DNA of 64,000 nucleotides from a virus: IMG/VR virus record IMGVR_UViG_2822494597_000001; one strand, 5' to 3'. Shown piece by piece: positions 63,869 to 64,000 of this stretch (position 1 is its first letter; each line of letters starts with the position of its first letter). The notes under the pieces were generated by a model. It saw only the letters and a program-made list of their open reading frames with translations, ran no database searches and was not told where the DNA came from. The position numbers and the translations under genes were made by a program.

Positions 63869-63882
63869 TTGACTATTGTCAA
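63869..63882. promoter_or_regulatory. TTGAC palindromic box between divergent genes
   Basis: ATTGAC-TATT-GTCAAT. Confidence 0.65.
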
Positions 63883-63939
63883 TAAAATTGTTAGGATTTA
63901 CTATGTGCTTGATACGTTTGAATAAAAGGAGAGGGAATC

Positions 63940-64000
63940 ATGATTACACCCCAAGAAGGAAACATATCATTAATTGTAGGTCCCATGTTTGCAGGAAAAA
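63940..64000 (+). CDS. tdk: Thymidine kinase, 5' fragment (runs off the window)
   Basis: MITPQEGNISLIVGPMFAGK = TK1-type GPMFAGK P-loop; AAGGAGAGG RBS. Confidence 0.75.
   Translation, partial: MITPQEGNISLIVGPMFAGK

Noticed and set aside
1-64000. CRISPR array, rRNA, IS/transposase, integrase
   Set aside because: No regularly spaced direct repeats, rRNA sequence or DDE/tyrosine recombinase motifs found

Overview
Low-GC Bacillaceae-type DNA, most likely part of a B. cereus-group-like megaplasmid or other giant mobile replicon (inference from gene content; no rRNA, CRISPR array, transposase or phage structural genes seen). Four blocks. (1) 1.7-10.7 kb: Gram-positive Tad/Flp pilus locus (prepilin peptidase, TadG- and TadE-like pilins, two near-identical Flp pilins, TadC, TadB, TadA/CpaF, CpaE-like, SAF-LysM CpaB-like). 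(2) 10.9-35 kb: seven large secreted Ig-repeat proteins (one singleton, two triplets of paralogs) plus a signal peptidase I. Their truncated terminal repeats look mutually complementary, suggesting a donor-strand-assembled modular adhesin. (3) 35.9-44.4 kb: about 32 tRNA genes for 19 amino acids (no Val, no clear initiator), interleaved with about 12 tRNA-shaped non-canonical RNAs, three duplicated unknown RNA motifs and a stand-alone RNA polymerase alpha-CTD-like ORF. Many tRNAs are odd: U37 in all four Glu and two Asp, long-variable-arm His and Gln, G1-U72 or G1-A72 first pairs. (4) 44.4-64 kb: phage-like genes (RecD2 helicase, NAD-dependent ligase, TerF-type vWA protein, Thg1-like 3'-5' polymerase, HAD RNA-repair-type phosphatase, start of a thymidine kinase) and short cassettes with a repeated leader. 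A 14-bp palindrome, TTGACTWWAGTYAA, usually doubling as a sigma-A -35 box, occurs about 14 times across all four blocks. All RNA folds and family calls were made by eye; nothing was computed or searched.
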